Assembly: GCA_973895155.1 (NCBI GenBank)
Contig: OZ316897.1
Location: 7,926,470-7,990,469 of the forward strand
Direction of reading: 5' to 3'
DNA length: 64,000 nt
Source of the DNA: Marsupella aquatica
Lineage: Eukaryota; Plantae; Marchantiophyta
This document shows, one piece after another, positions 14,701 to 28,782 of this stretch (the first letter of the stretch is position 1; every line of letters begins with the position of its first letter). A program made the position numbers and the translations under genes. The notes under the pieces were generated by a model. The model ran no database searches. It was given only the letters and a program-made list of their open reading frames with translations, and had not been told where the DNA came from.

Positions 14701-16064
14701 AATATCTTTTTTTATGTCTCAACTTCAAGTTCCAATCGGGTACTCAGCTTTTACCAGAGTATACGGCTATGTCTATACTATTAAATAGTAGACTCACACC
14801 TTTTTTATCCAATAGAAATGAAATAAAAAATGCACAACATTGGTCTTAAATTTTGAAGTTAGCTTAGATAGATTAGGTTGGCAAAGGCCAACTTGGCTTA
14901 GACAAGGTTTTTTCTGGTCGGATTGGCTCAGTTGAGGTCAGCTTAGGTCTGATTGTGTCAACTTGGCTTTAGGTGGGCTTAGGTAAATTACTTAGAAGGC
15001 ATTTGTGTCACAACATCTGTCTTCTGTGGAAAACTAATCATTGACTAGTTTTGCGTTTGTGATATTCTTAACTTTGACGTTCATTGGTACTTAGTAAGAT
15101 TTTACTAAAATAGTCCACCATGTCTATTCTGTAAGTGATAAACTAAGTTGGAGTTATTTCTATCCATTGCAATAAAAATGAATTTAAAAAGCACAAAGAT
15201 GATCTAAATGACAAAGTTGGCTTAGTCAGCTTCAATGCACAAGCAAGTTTTGCTTGATTGGTGGGGAATCACACTCCTCCAATCCACTTAGAGTCCTCGT
15301 AAGAAAAGTTCTGAAGAGCTGCACACAAGTACACCCAACAAGTTGTTACTGCAAGCCAACTCGAGGGTAAAATATTAGTTGAGGTTTAGTTTTGGTAATG
15401 TTATAAAATTCCTATCATCCACCATTAAGGGCTCTACAGAACATAATGAAGTTTTGGGTGATTGGTTGTTATGCAAATTAAACTAGCTCAATACCTGTGT
15501 ATTACACTAGAGATATTGTTATGCAAATTGAAAATGTTCTAGTGTAAAAGATGTCATTACCCAAAAGATGACATGACATAAAAGATGATATTGCATAAAA
15601 GATGTCATTATGCAAAAGATGTACAAAAGATATAATTGCAGAAAGTATGATGTTGTGCAGGATGTTACAGTGGCATACAATATGTAGGTATGTACAAGAA
15701 TTTGTTGCATAAAAGTTATCATTGCGTTCCCCTTTTCTCATCCATTGAGCTTCGAAGGCCATGTCTTCCCATCCATGTGCCTCCCACTTTCTCCTTGATC
15801 ATTGCCCCTCCCCTTTTTCCAGTCTCTTTGACCCCTTCCATGTTTTGCTTCACAGTCTTTTGTTGGGATGAAAAAAGTCAAATTTTGGAAAACAACCATG
15901 ATAGTGCCATCAGATTAAAAAGCACGGGCCTGATTGTTTGTCATACATCATGGGTGCAAAAGTCTCCTCATTTTGGTTGGGTTGTTAATGTTGTAAAATT
16001 GTTATCAGTTTGGTCATTGTTGTCCACGGGTCCTTGCTTATTTTCTTCCTACCCATAATGTACG

Positions 16065-17275
16065 AATAAGTAAAGGTTTTTTTTATAGGATCTTGTGAAA
16101 GACTAATAGATTTTTGTGGAAGAACATTAGGGCTGTTTTAATCAATTTTTGAAAATTATAAGAAGATTTTAAAAGTCAAAAAGAATTTGTGTTTAAAAAA
16201 TCATTGATTAAAACTTTTACTTATGTCTAATGTGTCTTTCCCCAAAAACTTTGGGCTTGATATGAGACCCCCTTGGCGTGAGGCCCTCGAGGTACGTTAT
16301 TGTTGTGAAAGTGTTGCTATTGGGGAGGGAAAAGGTCTGTGCATGGGCACGTGCGACGGGTGTCCATTTATGGTCGCACAATATGAGGGAGTGTTTATTT
16401 ATTTATTTATTTTATTTGTAGGTGACTCTTGATATGTGTATTTAAATAATAGTTTAGATATTCAGATTTTTCCAAAATTTCCAAAATTTATTATAATTTT
16501 CAATTTTGGCAGATGCGAGCAGGCATTCTTACAGACATTTGAGTTGGGAGGAGTGTCTAGCGGGGTGTCTAGGTGGATCTGATGGTGCCAAAAAAATTAA
16601 TTTTTGATAAAGGGCTAGGATTTACTCTCACTTTTTCCTCATTTTGTAAAAATGACAGTGCTTTTGGGGGATAGTGTGTATCATATTGTTTGATGACAAG
16701 TTGATGTAAAATGGATGTGGAGACATGGAATGAGGGGTAAGTTAATTGGACATGTCCACTCATTCATTATGACATGGTTAAGAAGAATGACGTACATGCA
16801 TCTATTTTGGTGTGACATGATTGCATGGACATTCTCTAATATTCTAATGCAATCTGGTTCTCATTTTTGTCCCACATGATTCTGCATACAAGTGTCCCCC
16901 ATCCAAGGAATATACAAGAGTTCCCACATGCAAGAAATCTGGATGCTCCAATCAGAAACATCCAATGGTTGAGAATCAAGTTTTCACTTTTGTCTCACAT
17001 GACTGTTCACACAAGTGCTCACACATGAAAAGAATCTAGATGGTCCAATTACAAAAATCCAATGGTTTAGAATTTATGGGATGATGTGGATTTTTCATAA
17101 TTACAAGAGTCTCTAATTAGACCCCTAATAATTTTCTAAATATCAAAATCTTTTTGGAAGTGAAACATTACAAGACAAAGTTTTGTTTTGGTCTAATGTT
17201 CACATATTTCATTAAAAAAAACTCTTTATTGATTCGTCTAGATAAGATGATCCTAAAAAACTTTTAATACTAATT
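16065..17275. mobile_element. Possible old non-autonomous TIR element with long degenerate AT-rich inverted ends
   Basis: ttttttataggatc/gatcctaaaaaa and gaacattag/ctaatgttc lie in mirror positions; no TSD resolved. Confidence 0.3.
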
Positions 17276-18128
17276 GGGAAACGTTGTTTAAAATTAGATA
17301 GCACGAAAACGGATGAAAGTAAGGTCATATTTTTGGCACCGAGACTCACAGCCATACAACCTGTTTCTTTTCTGTTTTACTGTACTTGCTATTGGAATGA
17401 ATTTATTAGCCGGAGAAATTGTTGTGGTCCAGACTCCAGACTTCCAGTGGTTTCTCGAGAACGTGCCGTTTCGGGGCGAGCATGCAGGACAAGGGAACTC
17501 CGCTTCGGCTGCCACTTCGGATTTCTTTGAAGATCTCGACCGTCCACGCAAGCCACGGCCCCACAGCGCACGCAATCTGTGACTCGAACGAGGCCGTCGC
17601 TGTCATTGGCTCCACTGAGCTCGAACTGAGTCAGACTTCTGACATGAGGATAGCTGAGCTTATCGGTCCCCGCCACCGGACCCATCGTCGTTTTCTTGCC
17701 AGGCTGTCGCCAGCCGGCGGAGCAGCCACACCGTGATTTGAGGGATTGAGGGATCGAGGGCCATCCCAGTTCCCATGCACCCTGATGCGAAGCCCGTAAA
17801 GTTGTGAAAATCATTCTCCCGGCTGTGAAAATCCGGTCCAGTGTGAGATGAGACTATGGCGGCGGTACGGATTTTCTCTTTACCCTATTTATCCTACGCT
17901 GCAAGATTTTTCTGTTTGTCATGTACGTGTCGCTTGGTGTGATGTAAAAGGTAAAATTTCCGTGTGCTTGAAATTTGGATTTGTGTGGAAAAAGGGGGGG
18001 GAAAAACCGAAATTGATAATCTTCCAGGGATTAGAGTATAGTACAGTCACTTCTTCGTACCAGGGCAAGAGTGGCCCCTCGAAACTTGGGCTAAAGCCCT
18101 CTGTGGGGCAGTGTAGTCCTCTGTTGCT

Positions 18129-18226
18129 GTAGACATGTTATCCGGGTTGGTCAGACTATTTGCATCAGACATGTCACCCGGGTTGGTCAGACTATTTGCT
18201 CAGACATGTTACCCGGGTTGGTCAGA
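18129..18226. repeat. Minisatellite ~35 bp x3
   Basis: agacatgt.a.ccgggttggtcaga(ctatttgc) repeated three times. Confidence 0.85.
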
Positions 18227-21200
18227 TTTCATAAAGATATACACTGGAAAGGCAAGATTTTACATCAAGATGCTTAGAACATTCCTAATATCTGCATGAA
18301 AACGTTTTTTTGAGTTTTCAAAAGGATACCAAAATGGTTTGTTACTGGGGCCAAATTTTCATAATAAATTATTATTTTCCCAAACATAGATATCGCTAGG
18401 GCACAAACATGCCACAATATCTCTCTTTACAAAATGAGGGAGACCCAATCCTAACCTAATCCTAACTGGACCATGTAAGCTCCGTCCACTCAGACAGAAG
18501 TGAAACACCAAGACAGAATGTGGACCTCTTCTAGAGGCGGTCTAATAATATTTAGTTATGTCCAAGTTCTTCAGCTTGTAAGTTCATTACTGTCCACTTG
18601 GACATTAGAAGTATCCCATTCAAATGACCCCACTAAAAGTCAGACTGGTTTTGGTCAGATTAACTTTTCTATACCCAAACTCGCATGGTATCAGCCCTTT
18701 AGAAAGTGACCCTGAAACTGCTACATGTCATTGTTAGAGTTGATGATACTGCCATGCCGTATTGCACTCGTTAGGCAGTTCTAGGCAGTTCTGACGGCAG
18801 ATCTTATGGGCACCCAAGGGCAAGGGCCCGGATAGTTCCGGCCCTTGCAGGTCATGACTTTTGTTTGGTTAATAAACCAAAATTTGAAGTTTCACAGTTT
18901 TGCCCAGCCTTGTATAATATGCTGCACATATGACACAGCAGGGACGCGAGCCCCTTCACAAACACAACACTTATAAGCCACAAGGATTGAGTGGATGCTG
19001 CTTCTTCCAAAACTGGCACAAGTGGCAAGGGCCACATTCATGCAAGTTGGCCCTAAGTGGACAGTGGTGAAAGTCCAATTTTTCTCTAAGGTTATGAAAG
19101 AAATGACTTATTTAGGTATAAGATTTACTCACCCTAGAAAATTTTGGGTTTTCTAGGCAAAGTAGTATGAGACTTGCATTCATGTTCTCAAAAAGTAACT
19201 AATACTGTTTTTCATGTGAAGTAAACACCAACTGGTTCGTCTAAACCAGGTCCATGACCAAAAAGTGTCTGGGCAAAGGTTGAACAAATATTTTCCTTCA
19301 AATTGTGGCTCATCCTTCGCCTCCCTTGCACCTATATTTTCTACCCCTCTCAATGACGTCCTTTTCTGTACATTCTGGATATGGACCATATTTATCCACA
19401 AGTATACAATCCCATATAATGGAATGTTACTTTGTAGAGTGAAGAATGTAGTATGAAGAATCTAGACTGTGACTATGGGGGCATAATGAAATTACCGTTG
19501 CGAGTAGAAAGCAGAGATGGAGGCACGGATGAACTCGAATTGTAAGGAATATTTCTTCAAGGTCTTCGTTTGCCCTCATCTAAACTTTTGTTCAAGGAAT
19601 GGTAGTCCAGCTAGTAACTATGTAATCTCAATCCTAAGCTACTCTCTGGGTCTACTGTTTGGAATTAAGCCTTTACACTTGACTGTGAGCAAGCACATGA
19701 TTAGGACAAGTCTTTACAGAGTAGTAAATATTTTTGTTATGCAAGGTTATTTTTGTTGCTGACTTCAAATAACGGGTGATCGTGCTAGTTATTCCTAGCT
19801 ATCCTATTCTCAGGATATGCTTACGCGGGGCACGTTGTTGTCCTGATTCCGATGATGAAATTATTCCTGATCATTCAATCAAAGCGACCCAATCCAAGCT
19901 AGAGTTGCTTTACAAAACGAGCAGCTCACTTTTGCGCCTTCAACCTCCCACTCCTACAGGACTTACCAGAAAGGTGGGACCCAATAATGTTCTTTCCAGA
20001 AGGTTATAACCTCTAGAATACATATATGAGTGAAAAAAAACAAAAAACGCCTTACCTGGAGACAGGGTCTCAAAGGCAAAAACAACCCAATAAAGTGGAA
20101 AGGGAGGGGGGGAGGGGAAAAAAAGGTTACATAAAGCGTCTCTTTCAGCAAAAACTGCTTCAGCTCAACTTTGCTCAGAATGGTCAATTTTCTAGCTACG
20201 GTAGACATATTTCGAAGTGAGTCCACCATAGATTTCCTCTGGTGTCGAGGGGAGAGATAGACTTTCGTTTAGGCTCGGGCAAACAAGGCTCTGTCACAAC
20301 ATGTTCAAGTTTTCCGATGTCAATGTTAGTATTCACCTTCTTCATCCACTATTCTTGAGCTCGTGAGGGCTTCAGAGTAACTTTAAGTCCTTCCTTCTGC
20401 GCACCTGGTTCTGCAGGGAAGAGCACTGGGTTGACAACACAATCGGGAGCAGTGAGAGAAAGGGGAGGAAAAAAACACAAGTTAGATTGCATTATCCTGC
20501 CCCGATGTGGAACTTTGTCCGATTGTGCACTAGTACTCAACATTGGCCCAGCCACCCCCCGCCTACATACCTAAACCTGACATTGGCCCGAGTGCAAACA
20601 ATCTGTGTCAGGGCGATCAAAATTGGGTGCTATGGCACTAGAGAAACCAGCTCCCGTAAAGGAACCACTAAGGAATAGCCACTTTATTGCGTAAAAGATT
20701 AGCTTCATAGAATATAAACTGATTGTCAAAGATTACTAAGGACATTATAGAAACCTTTCATTTGAAAACTCGCAAATTCTAAACCATAGCTCCATTTTGA
20801 TGGCATGTCGTCATAATTTGAAAAAATGAAGTACATTCTATGGATACAGAAACGAAAGCTCAGATGGACCAAAGGGGCTCGTTGTGAAACTCAGAAACAT
20901 AGACTGCTAAAGCTTAGATAGACTTGAACAGAACATCAAAACGAGCATCAAAAGCACCTTGGACAACACCTTATATACATGTTTGACTCAAAAGTGACTT
21001 GTTAATAGTCAGGAGATTGTTTACATCCTGTTTAGGTTAGTTTGCCTGCTGAATTATATATGTAGCATCAGCCGGTCATTAAATAAGACATCAATCATTG
21101 CCAAAGCAATATGACAATATGGCAAGTTCAATCCATGTCATAGTCCAGTTATGACTTCTAAGGTCTCCTTGGTAGCTTGACTACTTGATGGCCTTGAACC

Positions 21201-22711
21201 CCAAAAAACACTAAGACATCATTTCTTTATTTGTAACCACTGGTGCAGCCTGGTTATCAATTGACCCACATGAACTTTTCCAAGTGTTAAGTGAGCTAAG
21301 CCTTGATGTATGATTTTTAACCATCTTTGTGCTAAATGAAACTGAAGCAAAATATTGTTATTTGAAAAGTCTCTGGAAACTTTGTCAGGTAATAGACATC
21401 AGAAAACACGCAGGAAAAGTTTGAGCTTAAAGGGAGATCCAAAAGTCTTCCATGCAAATAAATAGACCAGTTTGCCAAAATCAAAGGTAAGCCTTCAATG
21501 AGTTGCAAAACAGTTGATGACTTAACAACCCTGTTGTGTAAGTCAAGATGTCAACTGCTGCGCTATGGAAATGCCCTAAGTACTTTGGGAAGTTAGTGAC
21601 AGCGGCTGATTCAATCCGCAGTATATGGGAGCGATCGGGTGGGCTGATCCATTTGGCTTCCTTTCAGTTGGGCTGAGATTGTTGCTTTAAGACTAAGATG
21701 CTCCATTATTGTCCAGGCAACATTAATGAGCCACTGATCAAGACAACATTATACTTGACAGAGGGTCAACTTCACAGAGATTTGAATTGAAGAACAAGAT
21801 GGAAACATTTGAGCTTAAACTAACTGAATCACTAACCTAAAGTATGCCATCCATACACTTAGCCGGTTGAGTTAGTAATGTGTTGTATATGTAACAAGTC
21901 ATGTAACTATAATAATTCCGAGCCAGGTGCAGCCATTCCCACTCGTTATGCTGTCCCGATTTACTTTAATATGTTATGTTCATCTGCATTCGTGATACTG
22001 TCCAGATTTAATATGTTAGGTGCATCTGCATTCGTGATGCGGTCGAGTTTAAAATGCACTCATTTTTATAGTTTCCCAGATTTAATATGAGAGTGAATAC
22101 AAACAAGCAATAGGGTCCCGACGTCTTGTACAACTCCTCTGAACGCAAATACACGGCACTACTTCATATCGCAGCGTCGCATTGGTGACCGGCATGCAAA
22201 AGATAATAATCTTCAACACTTGCTAGCAGCGCCACGGCTCACTGCACTTGGCATCTTCTGTGCATGGTTGTTCAATTTTGCAAACGCCATGTCATCACAC
22301 CTTGCGCCCACCTCACTGCACTCCGGGGTGTGTGCGCAGGCTGATTCCCAAATTTCCAAACGCCTTGTCACAACTTCTGCGGCTTGGTTGGCTAAGAAGG
22401 TGCCAACTGGAGAGAGATCCGGACAGAAGGATTGAGTACAGGAGCAGTAGAAGCAGCAGCAGCTTTGTACTCTGAAGGGAGTTAAATTGAGACCCTCCTG
22501 CCACTTGGAAGGCAGTCTCCTTCTTGTCGATCCAAGATCCCACTGCTCCATCGAACTTTCTCATAGACTTCCGCTCCAGCGCTTCATGAAGTGGTAGCGG
22601 AGAGTGAAACCCAGTAAGAGTTTGCATGAGCTATTGTGGGTCTTGATTGTACAAATCTCTGTGGTTTCCGCACTCATCGTGTAGCCGGGTGGCAGCAGCA
22701 AGTCGGTAGCA

Positions 22712-23260
22712 ATGGCTCGTTTTAAAGCAGGGCTCGGGAGGTTACTAGCGGCTCCTCTCCTTCTGTTTAACCTGGCATGCGCGATCATTATTCTGGGGCT
22801 GGCAGGAAGAGTGCTCGATAATGCTATCAGTAACGGTGGGGGAGCATTTGGTTTTTTCCAGGGTAACGGAGCCACTCCCTATTTGGTGCTGTTCTCGTTG
22901 ATAGCAGCCGTCGTGGCCATTGCGTCATACATCGTTGCCGGACACCATTTGAGAGTTTGGGATTCGCATAGTGGTGCGGCAGCACAGGCCGTTAGCTGGA
23001 TTGCATGGCTACTGCTTGTGATCGCCTTTTGTTTGGCATGGAAGGAGATCCACCTCGGTAGACGGGGGACCAAATTGAAAGCGCTGGAGGCGTTCGTCAT
23101 TATCCTGACTGTCACGCATCTTCTATACACTCTGGTTTTACATATTGGCGACCACGGTAATGAAGGTGCTGATGGCGCTGGCAGGTACAAGAGCAGGAAA
23201 CCGCTGAATCCTAATGCTCCCGCCAAAACCACTAACACTTCAGCAGCTGCTGGCGTCTGA
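22712..23260 (+). CDS. AWPM-19-like (ABA-induced plasma membrane PM19 family) protein, 182 aa, intronless
   Basis: Four hydrophobic segments and family motifs PLLLFN, GNGAT, HHLRVW...AAA, LAWKEI..G R...L..LEAF.IIL..T.LLY. Confidence 0.92.
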   Translation: MARFKAGLGRLLAAPLLLFNLACAIIILGLAGRVLDNAISNGGGAFGFFQGNGATPYLVLFSLIAAVVAIASYIVAGHHLRVWDSHSGAAAQAVSWIAWLLLVIAFCLAWKEIHLGRRGTKLKALEAFVIILTVTHLLYTLVLHIGDHGNEGADGAGRYKSRKPLNPNAPAKTTNTSAAAGV

Positions 23261-23750
23261 TCTGGTTCGCGAGTGGCATTGGTTTGCGGATGACTTTGCG
23301 CCTCAGCTGCACATGCATTGCAATTACCCACTTCAGACGCCGATATTTGCGGCTTCCATTTCCAAGTTCAGTGTGGTACTTCACACATGGAGAATAACAG
23401 AGTAGTATGTCTGATCACCTGCTATCTCAGGAGAACTGGACTTTGAGACGTGGCAAGATCCGTGGGTGTATAGTACTTGGGGGCAATGTGACTTCGACTG
23501 CAGATTGTAATTGTTTCCGCTTGTTGACCAACTAGCAGTTTTGCGCTGACTTCTGCTGACTAGTGTCTATAGATTTGTAGCGCTAGAGCTGTTTCCACGC
23601 ATCTCTTGTTGGTCTTCTTTGTACACCGTCTAGCTTGCAAAAGCACTGTATATTGTCTATAGGCGTTCTCTTCGACCTCAATACTGGCACCAAAATATAC
23701 GTGGATAGATTTGATCACTATGTACATTTCACGATTTGATCCTGCTTTTA

Positions 23751-23841
23751 TACTTGGACAACTTTTAATCCCAGATTGGTTACTTGGACAACTTTTAATC
23801 CCAGATTGGTTACTTGGACAACTTTTTTATCCCAGATTGGT
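23751..23841. repeat. 30-bp tandem repeat x3
   Basis: tacttggacaacttttaatcccagattggt x3. Confidence 0.9.
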
Positions 23842-25829
23842 TCTGCTTGCATTGGTTTGTGCATGTTGTGCCTGTGCGTGTCACTGGGGCGGATAACATG
23901 AACACAGACCATTCTGTTCAGCTATTTGGCGTGTCTTCGCTGTTATCTGCGCAAGAACAATTTTCCGAACTTGCTTTTAACTGTACCTACGGAGTACTGC
24001 ATGCCTTGGGTTCTTGATGTAGCTAGCGATTAAGACGATAGCAGACACGTTCACTGCGTGACTTTAGATGGCTTCGCTAGTTTCGATTTTCTGCGAGAGA
24101 ACAATCTGGCTTCTGGAAACACTAACATGCACTGTCTAATATTTTCATGTTTGCAAGCGAAAAACACACATTCATTAGACCATAGTTATAGTTATAAATG
24201 GTGAGTGAAACTGGCGTCTCTAATGTGGAAGTGCAAATTAATTCCACTGTCACTTTTGAACCAAAACTCTGGTTGAAATCATATGATAGAGTTTTTGCTT
24301 GTGCATAATTGTGTGAAAAACGTCGCATGCAAACTCTGGTCAAGTTGTTTTGCGTTTAGTTCATTGAATGTAATGTTGTGCTTGTGCAATCATAATTATG
24401 TGGAAAACGTTGCATGCAAGCTCTAGTCAAGTTGTTATAATCATAATTATGTGAAAAACGTTGCATGCAAGCTCTAGTCAAGTTGTTATGATGTCAGGTT
24501 ATGCGTTAATTACATATGTGAACGTCGCGGCAATCAACGCTCTTCTAAATCTTGTGAAGCGCGACCACCGCTTTCAAACAGCCAGGGGTCCGTTGAAGTA
24601 ATCACGATCGGAAATCAATCCCGTTAGATTATGTTTATGGAGAACAAAAGCTCTCAACAGTAGAAAGAAACGAATCTCAACGGAGTCAAATCGACCACAT
24701 CCTCGATCGGAACGTCAGCACAGCAATTCTGGGCCCCTTGCCGATTTTAAGGATACAACTAATCACAGAATCACTGTCGCGGTTGAAACGGCTAGCGAAA
24801 CGGTTTGCTACCAGCTGAACGGAGACCCGAAACTCCGGCCCGCGGCAACTTTCTATTTTGGTACGGTACGAAGTACGATGATGCCACACGTTGATAAAAT
24901 CACGAATTGAAGGTCATATTGTGACCAGTGCCACACAACGGTGCAATTATACGTCCGTTCAGCTGTCTTTCGCACATATTTGCCTCTCGCTGGCTTTTTG
25001 ACTCTATTTGGTAACGCGTAAACCGCATGGATCGTCGTAAGAAGAGGCAACATGATTTGTGACATTTTGTGGTCGAACTGAAGTTTTTTTCTTTGTACAA
25101 TAATGTAGAGATTAGTCACATACCACACTGAAGTTGTTTTGTTTGTACAATAATGTAGAGATTAGCCACATACCACAGAGCACTGTCTATTACATGAGGC
25201 CGACTGCGCGGACAGAGGTGGAGTCCGTTGGCAGCTTTCCAATCCATGCTGTGAACTTTCATTAAGTGTGGTTTTAGCAAACGAGCGACCATGTTCCCAC
25301 TTCTCTGTTTCTAAATCTCGTCGAATTGGTATGTGGATGACTGCTGACTTGCCAGCTTGTCTAAGCAATGGTGGCCCTGCTCTCTAACGACAAGTGGACC
25401 GTTGAAATTGTACACGTGAGCTCAAATATGGCACTCTGTAATCACACCATTCCGCCTGCAGACAGGTGGACCCAGTTGACGACTTGGGTAAAGCCATTTC
25501 AGGAGCGCATTTAGATTGCCTTCAACCACCACTTTATGACAAAACCTGGATCCCCTGGTTTCTTAATGGTTAAAGTAACTTTTCACCATTAAAAAGGAAT
25601 TCTTTCCTGAAATCTACTGGCACACCGTAGAGGCGAGGAGTCAGTGAAAAGTGGAAAAAAGAGGGAGGACTTCTAGACACTATCCTCATATTTTGAGACC
25701 AACACTAGCAATACAGGTGGGACTTCCAGACACTTCCCTCATGTCTTTAGACAACACTAGCCATGACAAAACCTGATGGACCACCAGGGTTTCATCATTA
25801 TAGTAACTATTTCCTGGAATAATGGATTC

Positions 25830-26182
25830 CGAGTAGTTGCTTCCTGAAACAGTGGAGCATATTGGCACTCTAGAGGAAAGCAGTGGAATGTGGTAAAAGG
25901 GGAAACTATTCTTGGACACTTCCCCCTCGTGTTATCTTGAAATAGTGAGGCAGATTGGCACCATAGAGGAAAGAAATGCTTGGACACTTGCCCCTGGTGT
26001 TTTCTTGAAATAGCAGGGGGAGATTGACACCATCGAAGACAGCCCTAGAATGTGAGAAAATGGGACGGAAATGCTTGGACACTTCCCCCTGGTGTTAGCT
26101 TGAAATAGTGGGGCAGTTGGGACCATAGAGAAAAGAAATGAGTGCAATGTTAAGGGGAAGTTTATCTTGGACACTTCCCCCC
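25830..26182. repeat. Degenerate ~70-95 bp tandem repeat
   Basis: cttggacactt(c/g)cccc at ~25911, 25979, 26074 and 26166, with tgaaatag...attgg.accat blocks. Confidence 0.75.
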
Positions 26183-26353
26183 TTATTGATGGCTATGATA
26201 GTTGTTCCAGATTAAGTTCCTGGTTTTATCAGATAATAATCCACATGGCATTCCTGTCACAATTCCCAGAATGCCATCTGGATTATTATTTGGTAAAACC
26301 AGGAACTTAATCTAGAACAACTATCATGGCCATCAATAAGGGTGTCCAAGATA
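26163..26353. repeat. Long near-perfect inverted repeat (foldback hairpin)
   Basis: ccttattgatggctatgatagttgttccagattaagttcctggttttatcagataataatccacatggcattc pairs with gaatgccatctggattattatttggtaaaaccaggaacttaatctagaacaactatcatggccatcaataagg around a ~15-nt loop. Confidence 0.9.
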
Positions 26354-27276
26354 GCACCCTCCACAGCCTGTCCAGATTCACAATACATTGGAGGCCTGAG
26401 GGAGGCTATTCCATGTATAAGGCTATTGATATCCAAACAGAAAACAGGGAGGGCTTTAAGCCACATTCAAGGTTCCATGCAAAAATTTAGGGTAACCTGC
26501 AGTACTCATTAAAAAGGGTACAATCATATATTACATTATATTATATATATATATATAGACATAAAAATGTTGATGTCTGTTTCATCTCATTAGTCCACCA
26601 CAGGGATGATCCATGGCTCAAAACGTAAGTGATGGTGAGATCTATGATCCTCAAAAACAACTTGCATCTTAAAATATGATGGTGAGATCTATGATCCTCA
26701 AAAACTTGCATCTTAAAATAGTTGATGCGTTTAAAAAAATTACAAAAACTTGTTGCGAGGGTAGGATCTTACTATGCCTGGGAAGTGAGTGGACGAAGTA
26801 GGGGATACATCTACTGCTAGGCAAACTAGAACTGGCAGGTCAGGGGCAGGGTCCTTTTATGGTGGCAGCTATGGTTTAAAGTACATCGTGGTAATAGGAT
26901 AGCCAGGGACACTCACACATCTAAGAGCATCCGCACCGGTCCACCATACAAGGTGACCGGTAGCAAAAATGCAGGGTTTCACCAGGGAATCCGTTTTTGG
27001 CCTCCCCACCGAGCGACAATAGGGTTCCGCCAAACGGCAGGGCCGGGATAAACAAAATGCCCGCCGCACCATTCCTAGCATGCAGTAGCGGCCCCGACTT
27101 TGCCCGCCAAAGAACATCCATTCAGAATGAACGGCCGAGATTGAATGCAGGGCGTTGGATCTGACAATAGGTAGTACAGGCGAGCTGGGCAATGTGCTTG
27201 CAGTACACTGCCAGGCATTCTGCAAAATCCTCATGTTGCTACAGTTCCGTTCGTGTCATCTCGCACATTGTTCACT

Positions 27277-27894
27277 ATGGCTGGAAGCATTGCTCGGGGC
27301 AGAATTTTTCAAATGCTGAGTTGAAGCAAGTATGCATGTTGTGGGTGAACATTTCGGAGGACCCCATCGTAGGTGCATGGCAGAAAAAATGCAGCATCTT
27401 GGGATCGTGCAGCTTCTCACTACAACCACCATACTTAGACCAAAAGGGACTCAAGAGACGGGAGCAAGATCGTTGGAAAGCAAGTGGTAGGACCTAAAGC
27501 ATGACGTTGCAAAATTTTGTGGAGTATATGGTGCACTAGAAGACCTGAGGTTGTCAGGAGTAAATCATGAAGATACTTTACAAAAGGCACGTGAATTGTA
27601 CCAACAGAAGAATACAAAAGGGAAAGAGTTTGCTTTCATAGACTACTGGTATATGCTCAAAGACTGCCCACGATTTTCACAAGCAGTGGAGGATATGGCA
27701 TCGAAGGGGAAGGGAAAATCTCAGAGCAAGGGGAAGGGTGGACCACCAGACAAAGAGAATGTGCCTCCAATACCAAATTTGCCAACATAAATCATTAACC
27801 AACATAGTGGAGGTCACTCAGGTATACATGGAGTTGAATATAGTTCAAACTCGCAGCAGAGGCCAACTGGCAACAAGTCAGCCAAGAAGCTTAA
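27277..27894 (+). pseudogene. Harbinger Myb/SANT-like (NAM-associated) ORF, 5' part
   Basis: QNFSNAELKQVCMLWVNISEDPIVG...LKHDVAKFCG...FAFIDYWYMLKDCPRF...RPTGNKSAKKL; frameshifts/stops; cut by the insertion. Confidence 0.85.
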
Positions 27895-28113
27895 AACCCC
27901 AATTTAAGGAATACTGAAGTATTAGATTAATTCCAATTTTATCTAAATATTATTAGTTAATGAATGATCAACCTCTTTAACATTTGGTGGGATAGTCAAA
28001 AACTTCAAATGTTTTGTTGCAAGATCTTTATAACAATGCATCACTAAATGACATGAAGTACCTCTTGATCCATGCACAAATCCTTAATTAAACTATCATT
28101 CATTGTTTCAATT

Positions 28114-28688
28114 ATCTATTTAATTATTATAGGGTTGAATACAAAAAAGATTGACACGCACCAGGGTGCGTGACCTACAATCATAGTAAGTACCACCCTT
28201 TAATTAATTAGTTTCTTTACAACAATTAATAGGATTGTTGTATATTACAATGTCTACTGGACATTCATTTGAATGTCAATAATATCATGCCTTAATATCA
28301 CCAAACTAAGGGCCCACTAACTAATATTATATCTTAAATAAACTAACCAACTAACTAACTTGTCTATTTAATTACTATAGGGTTGAATACAAAAAAAGAT
28401 TGACACCACCAGGGTGCGTGACCTACAATTATAGTATCACCCTTTAATTAGTTAGTTTCTATTGCTTTGACTCAATCAGGCATGGAACCATATAAAATCA
28501 GAAATCATTGAAAGTTGAGTTCACTTGAGGGTGTAACTATAATTATTATTTATTAATAGGATTGTTGTATATTACAATGTCTACTGGACATTCATTTGAA
28601 TGTCAATAATATCATGCCTTAATATCACCAAACTAAGGCCCCACTAACTAATATTATATCTTAAATAAACTAACCAACTAACTAACTT
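28114..28688. repeat. Subterminal direct duplication (~250 bp x2) of the giant element
   Basis: 28114-28361 is repeated at 28362-28688 with a ~90-bp insertion; carries decayed copies of the palindromic motif. Confidence 0.85.
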
Positions 28689-28782
28689 AGACGATAAGAC
28701 TTGTCTAAACTTGAGTTCTCTGGCTACTACTATTCTGAGTTGCCTTTTAAACTGTATGCTAAACTACATGCTTCATTACTGT

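Noticed and set aside
19468-19990. Possible solo LTR starting TGTGAC
   Set aside because: No CA end with a matching TSD could be found.
22879-23331. 150-aa minus-strand ORF
   Set aside because: Antisense shadow of the AWPM-19 gene.
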